Below the pieces are notes generated by a model. The model was not told where the DNA came from. It made no database searches and saw only the letters and a program-made list of their open reading frames with translations. Of a stretch of 64,000 bases of DNA, positions 1 through 13,156 are shown in pieces; the stretch's first letter is position 1, and each line of letters begins with the position of its first letter. The translations under genes were made by a program, and so were the position numbers. The stretch comes from Hemiscyllium ocellatum (taxonomy: Eukaryota): contig NC_083417.1 of assembly GCF_020745735.1 (NCBI RefSeq), forward strand, positions 72,044,001-72,108,000, in the 5' to 3' direction.

Positions 1-181
1 GCAGTACTTCAATAAGATGGCATTCATTGTATTGATTTCAATTTTGAATACTTTACGAAAGAAAGCATACCCTTGTTTTGAAAACCAGACACCAAATGTT
101 TTTTTTTAGATTCACGCAAGGTTTCAGAGAATTCTTCTGTGCAGCAAGGTTTAATTCATCACATTAACTAACTTTAACCAG

Positions 182-287
182 AGTAAAAACCCTTCCTGAT
201 GAAGGGCTTATGCTCGAAACGTCGAATTCTCTATTCCTGAGATGCTGCCTGGCCTGCTGTGCTTTGACCAGCAACACATTTTCAGCT
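182..287 (+). mobile_element. ~105-bp Penelope-LTR-like mini element with a hammerhead core, 13-bp TSD
   Basis: TSD TAACTTTAACCAG at 169-181 and 288-300; empty site in copies 2, 3 and 4. Confidence 0.75.
196..223 (+). ncRNA. Minimal hammerhead ribozyme motif (Penelope-type)
   Basis: CUGAUGA-A-GGGC(UUAU)GCUC-GAAAC-GUC: core, stem II, palindromic ACGU helix III and GUC cleavage triplet. Stem I is only 3 bp. Confidence 0.55.
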
Positions 288-1970
288 TAACTTTAACCAG
301 ACGCCATCTCATCGGAAGATGTAAAAAAAAATCAAATCATAATCTTGGTGGAGTTAATGTAGGAAATCATTGCTATGAGCGATGGCCAAAATCACTTCTT
401 CTCAAAAAGGGACTGATCAGATGAGGAGAAGTTCCTTCCTTCAAGGTGTTGTAGATCTTTCGACTCCTCAACCTAACAGGAATATGTCTAGTTCAGCAGG
501 GAATTGCTCCTATATTGCTATATCGACCATCCTGCGATGTATCTTTGTTTGTTTATAAGTTATCTAAGAAATCTGGCTATCGTCAAAAGTGAAAGAAACG
601 TTATTTTGTCTATTCCAGACAGACATGCATTCTTTTATGGACATTCAGGTGATCATGACTTGTACGGAGAGTGTCTGAGGCAATTATGGTCAAAGAACCT
701 ACTCTGTTCTTAGTCCTTATAACAGATGTCATTACGTTTGTACAACATATTAATTAAGTTGGCTGAAAGGAGATATTTACATTTATGGGCGGTGCGGGAA
801 ATAGAAGTTGGAAACAAAAAATGTCTCTAATTAGAAAAAAGGTTTGGAGAAAATAAAACACCCGGGAAAGGTTTAGAACGTGTTATTCACCATCACAAAG
901 AATGAATGGACTTGAGAATGGATTTAGGAGGAACCTGGACAAGTTCATGAGGGAGACATTAATAGAAGGCTATTGCATTCGGTTTTGTGAAGTAGGGCAG
1001 GATGTTGGAAATTAGTCCAGAACATCAAGTGCGGCCTCGACCTGTTCAGTTCCTGTGTAGACATTAATATAGATTGCTCAGCAATACTATCTCATTATTA
1101 AATAGTCTGATGCACAATATTTTGATGTGAAGATGCCGATGTTGGGCAGAGATAGACAAAACTGAAAATCACACGACACTAGATTTGAATCCAACAAGGA
1201 CTATCATTTTGGACTATAACCTTGAGTCCTATGATTTTCAATTTTGACTACAATTTGACTGAAAGAGGGGGAACACTGCGGGCTCACAACGCCAGGAAGC
1301 AGGGCTGGATTTCACCATCAATTGTTATCTGTGTGGAGTAGCACATTCTCCCCGCGTCTGCGTGGGTTTCCGCCCCGTCCTCCGGTTTCCTCCTGTGCAG
1401 GCAAGGTGGATTGGCAATGGGAAAAGCAGGTTTACAAGGATTGGGTGGGATGAATTTCGGAGGATCAGCGTGGACTCTATGGGCCCAATGGCACAATTGT
1501 AAGACTCAGAATTTATAGTAAAGGTTTACAGTGTGATGTAACTGAAACACCAATCTGTGCAGACACGAATTGTTAAGGTTAACCCGAGAATGTAACTTTA
1601 AAACAAAGTTTTGTGATTTGCATATGAAAGAAGCGAAACTAACATTGTCATTCGAAAAGATGAGAGACTTAACAAACAATGCAAGGTATTTTGCAATGTG
1701 TAATTTCAGTTACATCACACTGTAAACTTTTGCTATAAATTCTGTGTCTTAAAATTGTGTACTCCAGAACCACTTGAGGAAGGAGCGGCGCTCCGAAAGC
1801 TTTTGCTTCCAATTAAACCTGCTGGACTACAACCTGGTGTTGTGCGATTTTAAACTTTGTACACATCGGCATCTCCAACATCGGCATCTCCAAATCATAC
1901 ATGACTAAGGTCAGACGTGTGTTAAAACGGTCCCCATTGGAAAACCGATGGTTAATTTTCATGACAGTAC

Positions 1971-4900
1971 CTGCGCATACACAAAGCTCTCTTTCTCCGT
2001 TAGTAGTTTTGCAGGTTTCCTCTCTCCGCTGAAGTGGAGAGCAGCATAAATCGGACTCACTGCCTCTCTGTCCCGATTGACCTGAGGAAGGTTTTGCAGA
2101 AAGATTAGCCAGCAAGTTTAAAAAAATGTAATCACAAATCGAGCTGTGCCTCTGCTCCTGACTGAAGAGCAGGCCAACTGATCCTAACAAAACGCAAACA
2201 TTTAAAATGTCTTCGAGAGTTGCGGGCTTGTCTGGACTCTACGTCATTGTCCCAATGGATCACTGTCTCGTGTTCACATCAGAGCGATGCACTGGGGACA
2301 CCGTGAACTCGATATGCGTGCCGTCGAAGGAGACCGTCTGAGATTCCTGGAGAATGGATAGAAATTACCCGTATGTAGACAACATCCCACTCACAGTTTC
2401 GTTCTCGTTGTCATAAGTAGAAACTGACCTGTTCCTCAAATTGGCTGTTCATGTCCTCAGCAATCGCGTTGCCTGTCAGAGAACCGAATGGCATTACACA
2501 CATGATCATTTTCACAATGTATCACAAGCCCGCAAGAAATTAAGCCCCATTGAAGCAAAGTGAGCAGGGTCGCCGAACGCTAACATTCTGCTATATATCT
2601 GGATGAGATGAGCTGCACATTATGCGCACTGCACTTGAAGATTTCATTCCAGACTGCCCGTCCCCTTTCTCTCCTACTGCAGCAGTGACATGGAACAAGA
2701 GATGAAAGCCCAGTACAGAATCAGGAAAAAATCAAGTCTCACCAGTTGTTTTGTCTAATTTGCACCCCTTGAAGACAATTCCCAGAACTAAAATCATAAT
2801 CCCGCCTGCTGCACAACCAAAGACTAAGGCGTAGTAGAAAGTACGGTCTTGGTTACCTATAGGGGACAGAGAAGGTGTAATGTTAGCATTTTTAAAAGCA
2901 GATGATACAACATATTCGCCAATCCAGGTTACAGACTACACTCACATTAAAACCGTCTCTGCCACATTCCTGCAGCTTCTCACCGAACGCGAGGCTCCGT
3001 TGTCCCTTTATCGACCAACTAATTGAACCACAAAGCGCCTATCCATTTCGAAAACACCAGCATGTGTTCAGAATAATGACCGTATTTGATTTAGTGAATA
3101 TACAGCATTGTTTATAATCCCTCCGCGAATTAGCGCGTATTTACCAGGTGGAAAGATCTCTACCTCGTTCCACACGTCATTCAAACAGGCGAAAGAATTG
3201 ACCCTGTGCCCATCATTTACGAACCATGCTTCCTATATTCTTTTCCCAATCATTTAGAAAATAACAAGCACTGGTCCCAGCCCTGATCCATGCGGGATAC
3301 CAGTGGTCACAAGACTCGAGTCCGAAAAGCAAATTTCTACCACCACCCTGTCTCCTCCCGTCAAACCAATTTTGTATCCAATTGTCTAGCACTCCCTGAA
3401 TCCTACGTGATCTAATTTTACTAACAAGTCTGCCAAGCGGAATCTTGCCGAAGGAACATGTACCAAAAGACTGGATGAATGCATCAGATTTTACTATTGG
3501 CTCTTGGGATGTGGGTATCGGGGGCTGAGGCAGCATTTGTTGTCCATTTCTTTGTAGCAGAGTCGCTGTTGTAACATATGCATTGTAGCATCTATTATGG
3601 ACACTGTTTTTGAAAGGCCAATGTGATCGTGATCAGACCATCTGATTCTGTGATGTGGATTTCGGGGGATAAGTATTCACGCAGGGCTTACTTGCTATTC
3701 TGCAAAACGGTGCGCCGGATCTTTTGCTCCTACGTGTAGGGACAATCAGATTTTCCTCCTCCTCGGATGCTGCCCGACCTGCTGTGCATTTCCAGCACCA
3801 CTTCAATCTTCACTCTAATCTCCAGCATCTACAGTACCCACTTTAGCCCCAGAAAGACCGCACCTTCAACTGAGCAATACTGCCTCAGCACTGCGAGGCT
3901 CTGCCAAACCATTGTGAGTGGGATCGGAAGAGGAATTGATCCTACGGCCTTCAAAAACAGATAACAAAAAAAAAATAAGCGATCAGACCAACTGAGGTGC
4001 GTACCAAGGCAGTAACTACGGAGTGCCCAGGAAGTGAATGGAGAGCGAGTGGCGTCTGATGTTGGACGCATTACGGTGATGGAGATAAGGAGGACAAGAA
4101 AGTGGGAGGTGAACATAGAGAGAAAAGTAACTTTGATTTTTCCAATAAGACCAAGAGTGAATTGGAGAGAGAGAGAAAGAGGGAGAGAAAGATAAGATTA
4201 GACTTACAGTGTGGAAACAGGCCCTCCGGCCCAACAAGTCCACACCGACCCGCCGAAGCGAAACCCACCCATACCCCTACATTACCCCTTACCTAACACT
4301 ACGGGCAATTTTAGCATGGCCAATTCACCTGACCCGCACATCTTTGGACTGTGGGAGGAAACCGGAGCACCCGGAGGAAACCCACGCAGACACGGGGAGA
4401 ACGTGCAAACTCCACACAGTCAGTCGCCTGAGTCGGGAATTGAACCCGGGTCTTCAAGCGCTGTGAGGCAGCAGTGCTAACCACTGTGCCACCGTGATGG
4501 AGAGCAAGAAAGTGTTTATCATCAGCCTTGTGGATGAAACCTCGCGTCAGACGAGGAAACTGGCCATAGACATGCTGGTTCCCGGACACAGTGCAGATGC
4601 AGTGCAGGCCGGTTTCTGTTTGCGGTAAATTTTGAACTGACGGCTTTGTAACACTTCAAATCTGTTTTTAACGTTGGCTGAAGAACCAAGCATCCGGGAA
4701 CGGATTGGACCCTTGTATTTTTAATATTGATGACAGATGTTAGGTTCCTCTGTATATCAAAAACTGAAAACCGGTGACCCTTACCGTGATTCGGAATTTT
4801 GTCGCTGATGTTTGCCGGGACGCTGCGTGTGATGTGAGAAATCTGGCAGGTGTAGACTGACCCCTTCTCCGGAAGACTGAGCTCGCTGGAAACGTGAAAT

Positions 4901-5066
4901 AAACCCTCTTCGTTCACCATTTTCCTGATGTTGATGCCAGACGTGATTTCGGAGAGATTTTTATACCACACGAGTTCAAACTGCCCTGGGAAGAAGCCAG
5001 CAGTTGTGCAGAGGAGAGCGAGGAAGGGCGAGTACTGGCGGGTTATCTTCAGCGGGGTTGGCGGCA
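1971..5066 (-). pseudogene. Truncated receptor paralog retaining only C1, TM and two cytoplasmic exons
   Basis: Intact exons at 5066-4785 (C1), 2856-2743 (TM), 2472-2429 and 2081-1971. Leader and V are missing (junction ~6070, equivalent to 22486-27532 of copy 2). The terminal ITIM exon is missing (junction ~1492, equivalent to ~17647-18224). Confidence 0.8.
4192..4496 (-). mobile_element. tRNA-derived V-SINE (HE1-like), copy-1-specific insertion
   Basis: A box TGGCACAGTGG, B box GGTTCAATTCC, V domain TGTGGAGTTTGCACGTTCTCCCC, CR1-like 3' tail; absent at 20915 and 46640. Confidence 0.9.
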
Positions 5067-5939
5067 CTGGAACACAATAACAATCAACAAATCAACATCG
5101 GAAGTTGTGTGTGGGTTGGACAGCAGACAGAACAGAACAGCCTGTCAAAAGGCATAGATTTTTTTGAATTTTGGAGGGAATTTTTTTTAATCACCCTAAT
5201 AATGTTAACAAATAATGTTCCCATTCTGAAACTTAAAATCGATGCATGCTTGTTAAACCGCTCCTTCTTTTTCATTCAGATAGAAAGTGGAGATAAATGG
5301 AGTGGACAAAACCATGCACAAAACAGACAAAATGTTGGACGAGGCACGCACTCTGCACACGCAGCTCTGAATCTATATTGAATAAACAGTGGTCACAGTT
5401 AGTCAGAGTCCATACTAAATAATCGCCAGGTGCACCAGACACCCTCAGTTTATTGTCCATTGAACAATCACTGGTTCAATTGGGTACCAGAAATTCAGAG
5501 TCTACTCAATGGATCCACCAGATATTCTCAATCCACAGTTTGCATTTAATTATAATTAGTCCCATCAAAAGCCTCAATCTCAAGTCCAGGACTGGTCGTG
5601 TCTTTGTATTTAGGTTGCAATGAAACGATGATTGAAGATGAATAAAAACGGGGCGTTCAGTTTCTATCACTAGCGTGACACTATCGCAAATACAAGCTTA
5701 ATCCAATTTACTTTTCACTCCCTTTCTTTTTTCTTTCTCGTTTCGATTATTGAGCTTGGAATTTAACCCTCTACCCGTCTGTCCGAAGGTACGTTTGCAT
5801 TTGAGATCAATCCAACCTCCACCCGCATCTGTTAAAACTGCAATAAAAAAATTAGCATCCTAAATTCAAGAATTCCTTTGTTTGCTCGGCCCCGCCCCTC
5901 AAAAGATGACAAATAGCTAACCCTTTTCAAGGAAAGGTA

Positions 5940-8200
5940 TGCATGCAATGTTGGTGTTTCTATCGATTTCATATTCTATTTCCTATTTCCAATTGCCCTT
6001 GCGAAGATGGTAGTAAGCTGTCTTCTTGAACCACGGCAACCCACGGAGGTATGCCTGCATCCGTAATGTTGAAAATGAGGATGGTAGTGTGGTAGTAAGC
6101 CATTTCCAAAATTTTATGTTCAGATGTGTTATATCTAAATGATCCCTCTTTTTTGTTGCCACAATTCTGCAACTGGCAGGAAGGGCGATGAGGTCCATTT
6201 CAGGATGAGCGCAGTCTGGAAGGCGACCAGGGCAGGGATATAGAGTTCTTTGCCATGAGCAGTGATGCTGGATCCATATCAGCACTCGAGGTTGCTGGAG
6301 TAGAGGCTTGCCACTACTCCATGCTGCTCTCTGTAACTGACTCCCGTGATTTGTGTTACATGAATGACTTTAGTTGCAGATGTTGTCTATTTCAAATTGA
6401 GTTCAACAATTACCTTCAGCAAATCATGGAGGGGAGATGCTGCAATGGTAATTCATTGAATTTCAAAGGCCAGTTTTTAGATTCTGTCTTATTGGAGATG
6501 GTCATTTTCCGGCAGTCGAGTGGCGGATTTGTTACTTGCCAATTGTCCGGCCAGGACTGGATGCTATCAATATTTTGTTACATTTGGACGTGGACTGATT
6601 CAGTGTCTGAGAAGTGGTCGGTGGAGCTGAACTTTGCACAAACATCGCCAGTTATTCAGTATTCTGACAGCAGGATGAGCGAAAGCCGAGATGACTGACT
6701 CCTGATCAGCTTCAAGATCTTTCATTGTGCGAGCTAAGACTTCAATGAGCAGAAAGTTTTCACCTGATTTCCATTTGGTTTTATTTTTCTGGGACTCCTT
6801 AGAATGGCTCAGTGCTGACCTTCTCCCAAGAGCAGTTACTTTCACCTCCTCTGCGGTGTTTAGTTCTTTCTGTGTTTGAAAGGAAGGCTGTAATGCAGTC
6901 AGGGTCTCTGTGGCCCTGGCGGAACCTGAAGTGGGCGTCACTGAGCAGCTTATCAGTGAGCAAGCACTACTTCATAGCACTGTTGATGATATCTTCCAAC
7001 ACTTTATTGGCGAAGGTTGGTGACACAGTTATTTCAATTGAGTGAGCGTCTAATACCTTTTGCGCGCATTGGCATACTGCAGATGCTTTCCCACATTTTG
7101 ACGGAGATGTCAGTGTTGCAGTCGTCTTGGATTAGTTTGGCTCGGGTTGTGACAAGTTCTCGAACACAACTCTTCAATATGTTTGCCTGAATGTTGTCAG
7201 GTCCCATAGTCTTTGTAGTACCTATTTTCTTGAAACGTTTCTTGACATCACGTCGAGCAATACTTGTGATTGGCATTTACGATGCTGGGAAATACTTGAG
7301 GAGGCTAAGGTGGTTCATCGACCTGTTCCAGGAGATTGTTATATATTGCAAAGCCTTTTCTTTTTGATTGATTTGCTGTGTTTCGTATTCATTGGGTTTG
7401 GGATGTTTGTGCAGCTTCCACCTCCAATTACTTGTTTAATGTTAAACAATATTTATGACTGGATGTGTCAGGATTGCAAATCTTTGATCCAGTGCTTTTG
7501 TTGTGGAGTTCTCTCTTCGAATTGATGTTTATGCTGCCTGACATGCAGTTTGCCCTGTTTTGTAGCTTTGTCATATTTTTATCCCATATTTAAGTATTCC
7601 TGGTGCTGCTCTTGGCATTTCTTCCTGCACATTCTTTGTAATTGCGTTTGATTCCCTGGCTTGATAGGGTTGACAGAGTGGCGAATCTGCTGTGCCACAC
7701 TTTGCAGATTGGTATGGATATAATTCGATTGTTGCCGATGGCCACAACACCTCATGGATACCGTGCTTTCAGTTATTATACCTGTTCCAAATCTACCTCA
7801 TTGAGCACGATTGTGGTGCCACACAACACGAAAGTTTCGATGCTCACTCAAAGATGCGACTTCATCTTCTCAAGAACAGTCAGTGGTCTCTCGTATGGAT
7901 ACAATTATGGTTTGATGCATCTGTGACAGTCGGGTTGTTGAAGCTGAGGACAGTTTTGTCCCCTCTTTTTGGCACACTTCCTCCCCAAATGCTGCCAACC
8001 CAGTTAACCACCTTTTGTACTCGGCCAACCTGGATAGCACTTGGACTGGCGAACCCTCATGATAATAGACATTGAAGTTACTTGCTCAAGGTACACCCAG
8101 CACTCTTGACCCAGTCACTGCTTTCTCCAAGTGCGCATCAACAGGGATTCTTGTTGACTAATCTTTCCCGGCTTGCATGACGTCACTGTTGTCGCAGCAT
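5940..8200 (-). mobile_element. Degenerate non-LTR LINE (L2/CR1 superclade RT fragment, fused to a 3' tail by the deletion)
   Basis: Decayed RT motifs (KTMGPDNIQANILKSCVREL; EEVKVTAL); many stops and frameshifts. Confidence 0.65.
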
Positions 8201-8949
8201 CTGGTCTGACATTAAATTTTCACCTGGTTCAGAATCAGTGAAATTAAATTGTTAATCTTGTTTAGTCTCATTGCTTCTGATCAATCGTGAGGCATCGTCA
8301 ACAGCATTGGGACAGAGTGCTTTTCCAACATTTGTTTATGATATTTCAGCCTCGTCTACCCAAGAGGCTGACCAAATTCTTTAGTCTGCATGATAATGCT
8401 GAATAATGAAGGGTAGTTAGCGCACTGTAACAGGTGATTTCTTGTCTCCGAGGACACCCTAATGTCATTGATCCCTTACTATGTTTAACTAACGTCCCAG
8501 AAGAGAACAAAGACTATCGAGAGCTAAAGATGGAAATGCTCCAGAAACGCAAGAGATTTGCCATCTCCGTTGGAGAGAGAAACAGAGTTAATGTTTCCTG
8601 TCCGGCATGTGACTGTTCCGGGAAATCCAGTCCACAGACAGTTTCTGAATTTATCCAGCAATGTCTCATTTTATTTTAAATTGTCACCATGCTTAGGGGT
8701 CTGAGTTTATTTCTCCACCCCCAAAACCAAATGAAATACTATTGATCTTTGTTTTCAACGTTTTTCAATTGTCAGTAATGACCATTCAGTACTGCTGCTT
8801 TGGCAGAATGGTAATCATTTAATAATCGTATTGTTTTGGATGGAGCTCGAAATTGCTCACTGGTGGCATTGGAAGGCACTGTCAACAAAAAATAACCAGA
8901 ATGCGTTTTTTTTACATCTCTGGCTGATACTTTTGCATCTTCTATAGTC

Positions 8950-10850
8950 ACAGGTGAGGTCTGTTAGATTGGTGGTTGTGAACGTTGTGCCCTTTTTCAA
9001 GAAGGGCCCCCCAAAAAAACCTGGGAACAAGAGACCAGTAAGCCGAACATCTGTGGTGGGTACGTTAGTTGAAAAGATTCTGAGGGTAAGATATGCATGC
9101 ATTTATATGTCATGTTGCTGTTGTACAGGACATTGGTTTGGCCACTTTTGTAATATTGCGTGCAATTCTGGTCTCCTTCCTCGGGGACAGACGCTGTGAA
9201 ACTTGGCAGGGTTGAGAAAAGATTGACAAGGATGTTGCCAGGCTTGGAGAATTGTAGCTCTCGGGAGAGGCTGTGTAGGCTGCGGCTGTTTTCCCTGGAG
9301 CGTCGTAGGCTGAGAGGTGACCATATATAGGTTTATAACATCATGAGAGGCATGAATAGGATAAATAGACAAAGTTTCTTCACTGGGGTGGGGCGTCGAG
9401 GACTAGAGGACACTGGTTTAGGGTGAGAGGGGAAAAATATAGAAGAGAACTAAGGGACAACTTTTTCACAGAGAGGGTGGCACAAGTATGGAATGAGCCA
9501 TCAGTGGAAGTGGTGGAAGCTAGTACAATTGCAACATTTAAAAGGCATCTGCATGGGTATATGAATAGGAAGGTTTTGGAGGTATAGAGGCAGGGTGCAA
9601 GCATGCAGGAGTAGATTTAGTTGGGATATCTGGTCGGCATGGACTAGTTGTTTCCCTGCTGTACATCTCAACGATTCTGTGACGGGTTTGATTAGGGATA
9701 ATCGACATATCTTTGTGCATGGGAGGTCCTGCCTCCGAAATATAAAGTTTTTTTCCACGAAGTGGCCAGCAAGCGACGAGGGCAGGGTGGTAAACATAGT
9801 CTGTATGGTTTTCTGTAAGGCTTTTGATGAGGTTTCACGTGGTAATTTGCTCTAGAAGATCACATGGCATGGAATCCAGGGGGGGCAGGCAAATTGGATA
9901 CACAGTTGGCTCGATTCTAGGAAGCTGAGGGGAATAGTGGAAGGATGTTTGTCGGACGGAGGCCTGTGACGAGTGGGGTGCCTCAGGATTCGCTGCTGTA
10001 TCTATTGCTGTTTGTTTTTGATATCAACGATTTGGACTGGAATGTACAGACATGATTAGTAACTTTGTGGATGACACTAACATAGGCAGTATCGTGCACA
10101 GTGAGGAAGGTTATTAGAAATTTTAGCAGTACCTTGATCAGCTGGGATATTGGGCCAAGAAATGGCGAATGCGGTTCAGTGTAGAGAAGTGTGAGGTCTT
10201 GCATTTTGGGACGTCAAATCAAGGTAAGAGTTTCATGTCGAATGGTAAGTCCTTAAGGATTGTACTGCAACAGAAGGTCCTTGGAGATCAGGGGCATGGT
10301 TCTCTCCAAGTAGACAGGGAGACAGGGCAGTGAAGAAGGCTTTTGGCACACTGGCCTTCATTAGTCAGTGCATTGAGTATAAAAGTTGTGAAATTATGTT
10401 GCAGTTATACAGGACGTTGCTGAGGTTGACTTGGCGTATTGTGTTCCAATTTTGGTCACGTTGTTATAGGGAGGATGTTATTAAACTAGAAAGAGTGCAG
10501 AAGAAATTTGCAAGGAAGTTTCCAGGACTCAACTAACTGAATTGTTGGGAGAGGTTGGCCAAACTCGGACTTTTTACTTTATAACAAAGGAGACGGAGGG
10601 GTTTTTTGAAATGTACAAAATCAAAAGGAGCATGGATAGGTTGAATAAGCTCAGTCTTTTCCACCGGGTTGGCGAATTGCAGAGTAGAGGGTATCACTTA
10701 GCGCTTAGAGGGGAAAGAATAAAAGTGAACCTGAGGGCAACTTTTTTACAGAGTGTGGTACTCATATGGAATGAGGTGACAGCAGAAGTGGTTGAGGCAG
10801 GTACAGTAATTACATTTAAGGGACATTTGGACAAATACATGGTTAGGCAA
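8950..10850 (+). mobile_element. Degenerate, rearranged CR1 fragments
   Basis: NVVPFFKKG..RPVSRTSVVG, FCKAFDEVSRG, KLERVQKKF and EVVEAGT match CR1 ORF2. Confidence 0.85.
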
Positions 10851-11610
10851 ACTACAACAAATTAAAATTCCAACATAGTAAATAAGCAAAGAATCGGATT
10901 GCATTAAATTTTTAGACATAAATAATCGTAAATAATTGAATAGATTTTATATATTTCTGCACTGCCGCAGTAAGACAACACTCAGTGTATTGCGCTCAAT
11001 TTTGATTTCTTTACTTCCGAAATTGTTGGTTTGTAGACCGTGCACATCATGCTCTTTAGATTCACTCGCGATATCAGAATACTATTCCATTGAGCAAGAT
11101 TTAATTCATAAATCTATATTCCCTGGCATTTAGTATAATCCAAGGTGAAATTATTGAAGGTGTAAACAAGAATGGCTTCATCAGCTTAATTCATGTTTCA
11201 TGCTTTTGCTCTTGGATCAGATCGGAACTTGTTCTCCAAAAGACCTGCTCATTCTGGACCCTGATGAGCAGCTGTTCCTTCTCCCCTCAGTGTTGTAAGG
11301 TCTATAGAAGCTTCTACGTTAGATGAATATGATTTTCTCAGCTTAGAGGACACTTCTAAATGGCAACATGGACCATCCTGCTCAGTTTTTTTTCTTGTTT
11401 GAAAAGCATCTGACACATCTAATTATTGTGAAAATACCCCACAAATTCAACTATTCAGGACAGATAAGGATACATTTTTGGTTTTACTATGGGAATCAAG
11501 GAATGTGCAGGAAATGTAGAAAGATGGAATGGAGGTGATTATCAGCAAACATCCGAACAAATAGCGTAGTCCCATTCTTATTCCTGTTGATATATTGTAT
11601 TAAATGTAAA

Positions 11611-11713
11611 GAGTAAAAAATCCTGATGAAGGGCTTATGCTCGAAACGTTGAATTCTCTATTCCTGAGATGCTGCCTAACCTGCTGTGCTTTGACCAGCA
11701 ACACATTTGCAGC
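11611..11713 (+). mobile_element. Second copy of the hammerhead-core mini element, 15-bp TSD
   Basis: TSD TGTATTAAATGTAAA at 11596-11610 and 11714-11728; core at 11623-11650 with a GUU triplet. Confidence 0.75.
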
Positions 11714-12767
11714 TGTATTAAATGTAAACAAAACATTAATGGACTGGGCACGCAGTAGTGATTTGCATATATGGGCAATAGTGAAATTAAACAAAAGACA
11801 GAGTTTAACAAAAATAATCGATACCCTCAGGCGAAAGCAGATCACCTAGATAATATATAGGATGTCTAATTTGTCATCACAAGGAATGGATCGACGTGAG
11901 GACGGATTTAAGGTAAATCCAGGCCAGTTCACGAGGTATCCCTTAATAGAACACTATTGCATTGTCGTTTGTGACGTAAAAAGAGTTGGGAGGATGATGG
12001 TGTGGAGCATACTAAATGGCTCAGTCCTGTTGACTTCCCGTGCTTTAAAGATTAAGATCATCTGCTTAGCAATGCTATGCGACATGACTGACCAAGTAAA
12101 TCGTCTGATCAAATAAAATCTAACTGGACAACGGTCTTCGATATTCTGCATTCCCATTTAAAATGTATGCCAGTAATGCATTTATTCCATTGCTTTTGCA
12201 GGAATCTAGAGATTGAAGACTAAACTAACGTTCAATTGCCAGAGGCGAGCAACGGTTACATCGCCTGCACCTTCCACCAACTCTATCAATCACAATATAG
12301 TTCACAAAGAACCCTCCACCTGCACAGATATTAGTAGAAGGTTATTGCATTGTGATTTATGACGCAGGGTGGGAGGATGTTTGTGTAGAACATAAACTGT
12401 GGCTGAGGCCTGTTCAGTTCCAGTGCTGTAAACATCAAGATAAACCGCTAAGTAATGCGATACGACATGACAAGTGAATAACACGTGACTGGACAGCGGT
12501 CTTCACTGCTTTTCCTTCCCATTTCAAAACCGTGACAGAAATGCATTGATTCTCGTGCTTTTGCAGGATTCGTGAGATTTGCACAAAATAAAACAAAAAT
12601 AAACTTTATTTATCAGAATCTAGTTTTTGCTACAACTCCCACTCCTTCTTCCACTTCCATTCAATGACGGTGTAGTTCATGAGCAACTTAACGCATAAAG
12701 TTACCCTTTGTATTCAACTAATACAACTTCCCCGAGTAACTGTAATATCATTGAACATTGTTGGAGT

Positions 12768-13156
12768 TCATGGATTCCAGGGGTTCCCGCTTCCCTTGCA
12801 CATCTCGACCCCTGCATACTCCGCCGGTTCGTTCCTCTGTTTTCGTCTTGACATTTTCTCGAAGGTGGTGAGATTCAAAGACGCATTCATCAGTTCACCA
12901 ACTGTGCGGTGCTTAGCCTGCGTGAGAACGAATGAATTATGAGGACGTCTTCTGACTCTGTTTAATAAAATCATTCAGGTTGTCCGTGTACATTATCGGA
13001 TTTATATTAGAGTGATCCCGGTTGGAATTGTTAATTTTCAACACAGTACCTGCGCATCGACAACTCTTCCTTCATTAACGGTCTCCCAGTTTTTCTTGGG
13101 TCGCTGAAGTTGAGAACCTCATAAATCGGACTCACTGTTTCTCTGACGCGTTTGAT
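12768..13156 (-). pseudogene. Diverged duplicate of the last two cytoplasmic exons (cassette B, copy 1)
   Basis: 13156-13050 (107 nt; 4 nt short of the 111-nt paralog, SPIYEVLNF) and 12917-12768 (AKHRTVGELMNASLNL..AEYAGV..GSGNPWNP*). Intron and 3'UTR homology to the main gene is visible. Confidence 0.75.

Noticed and set aside
4440-4496. tRNA-like A and B boxes (also ~14090-14144)
   Set aside because: They are SINE heads continuing into the V domain and LINE tail, not tRNA genes.
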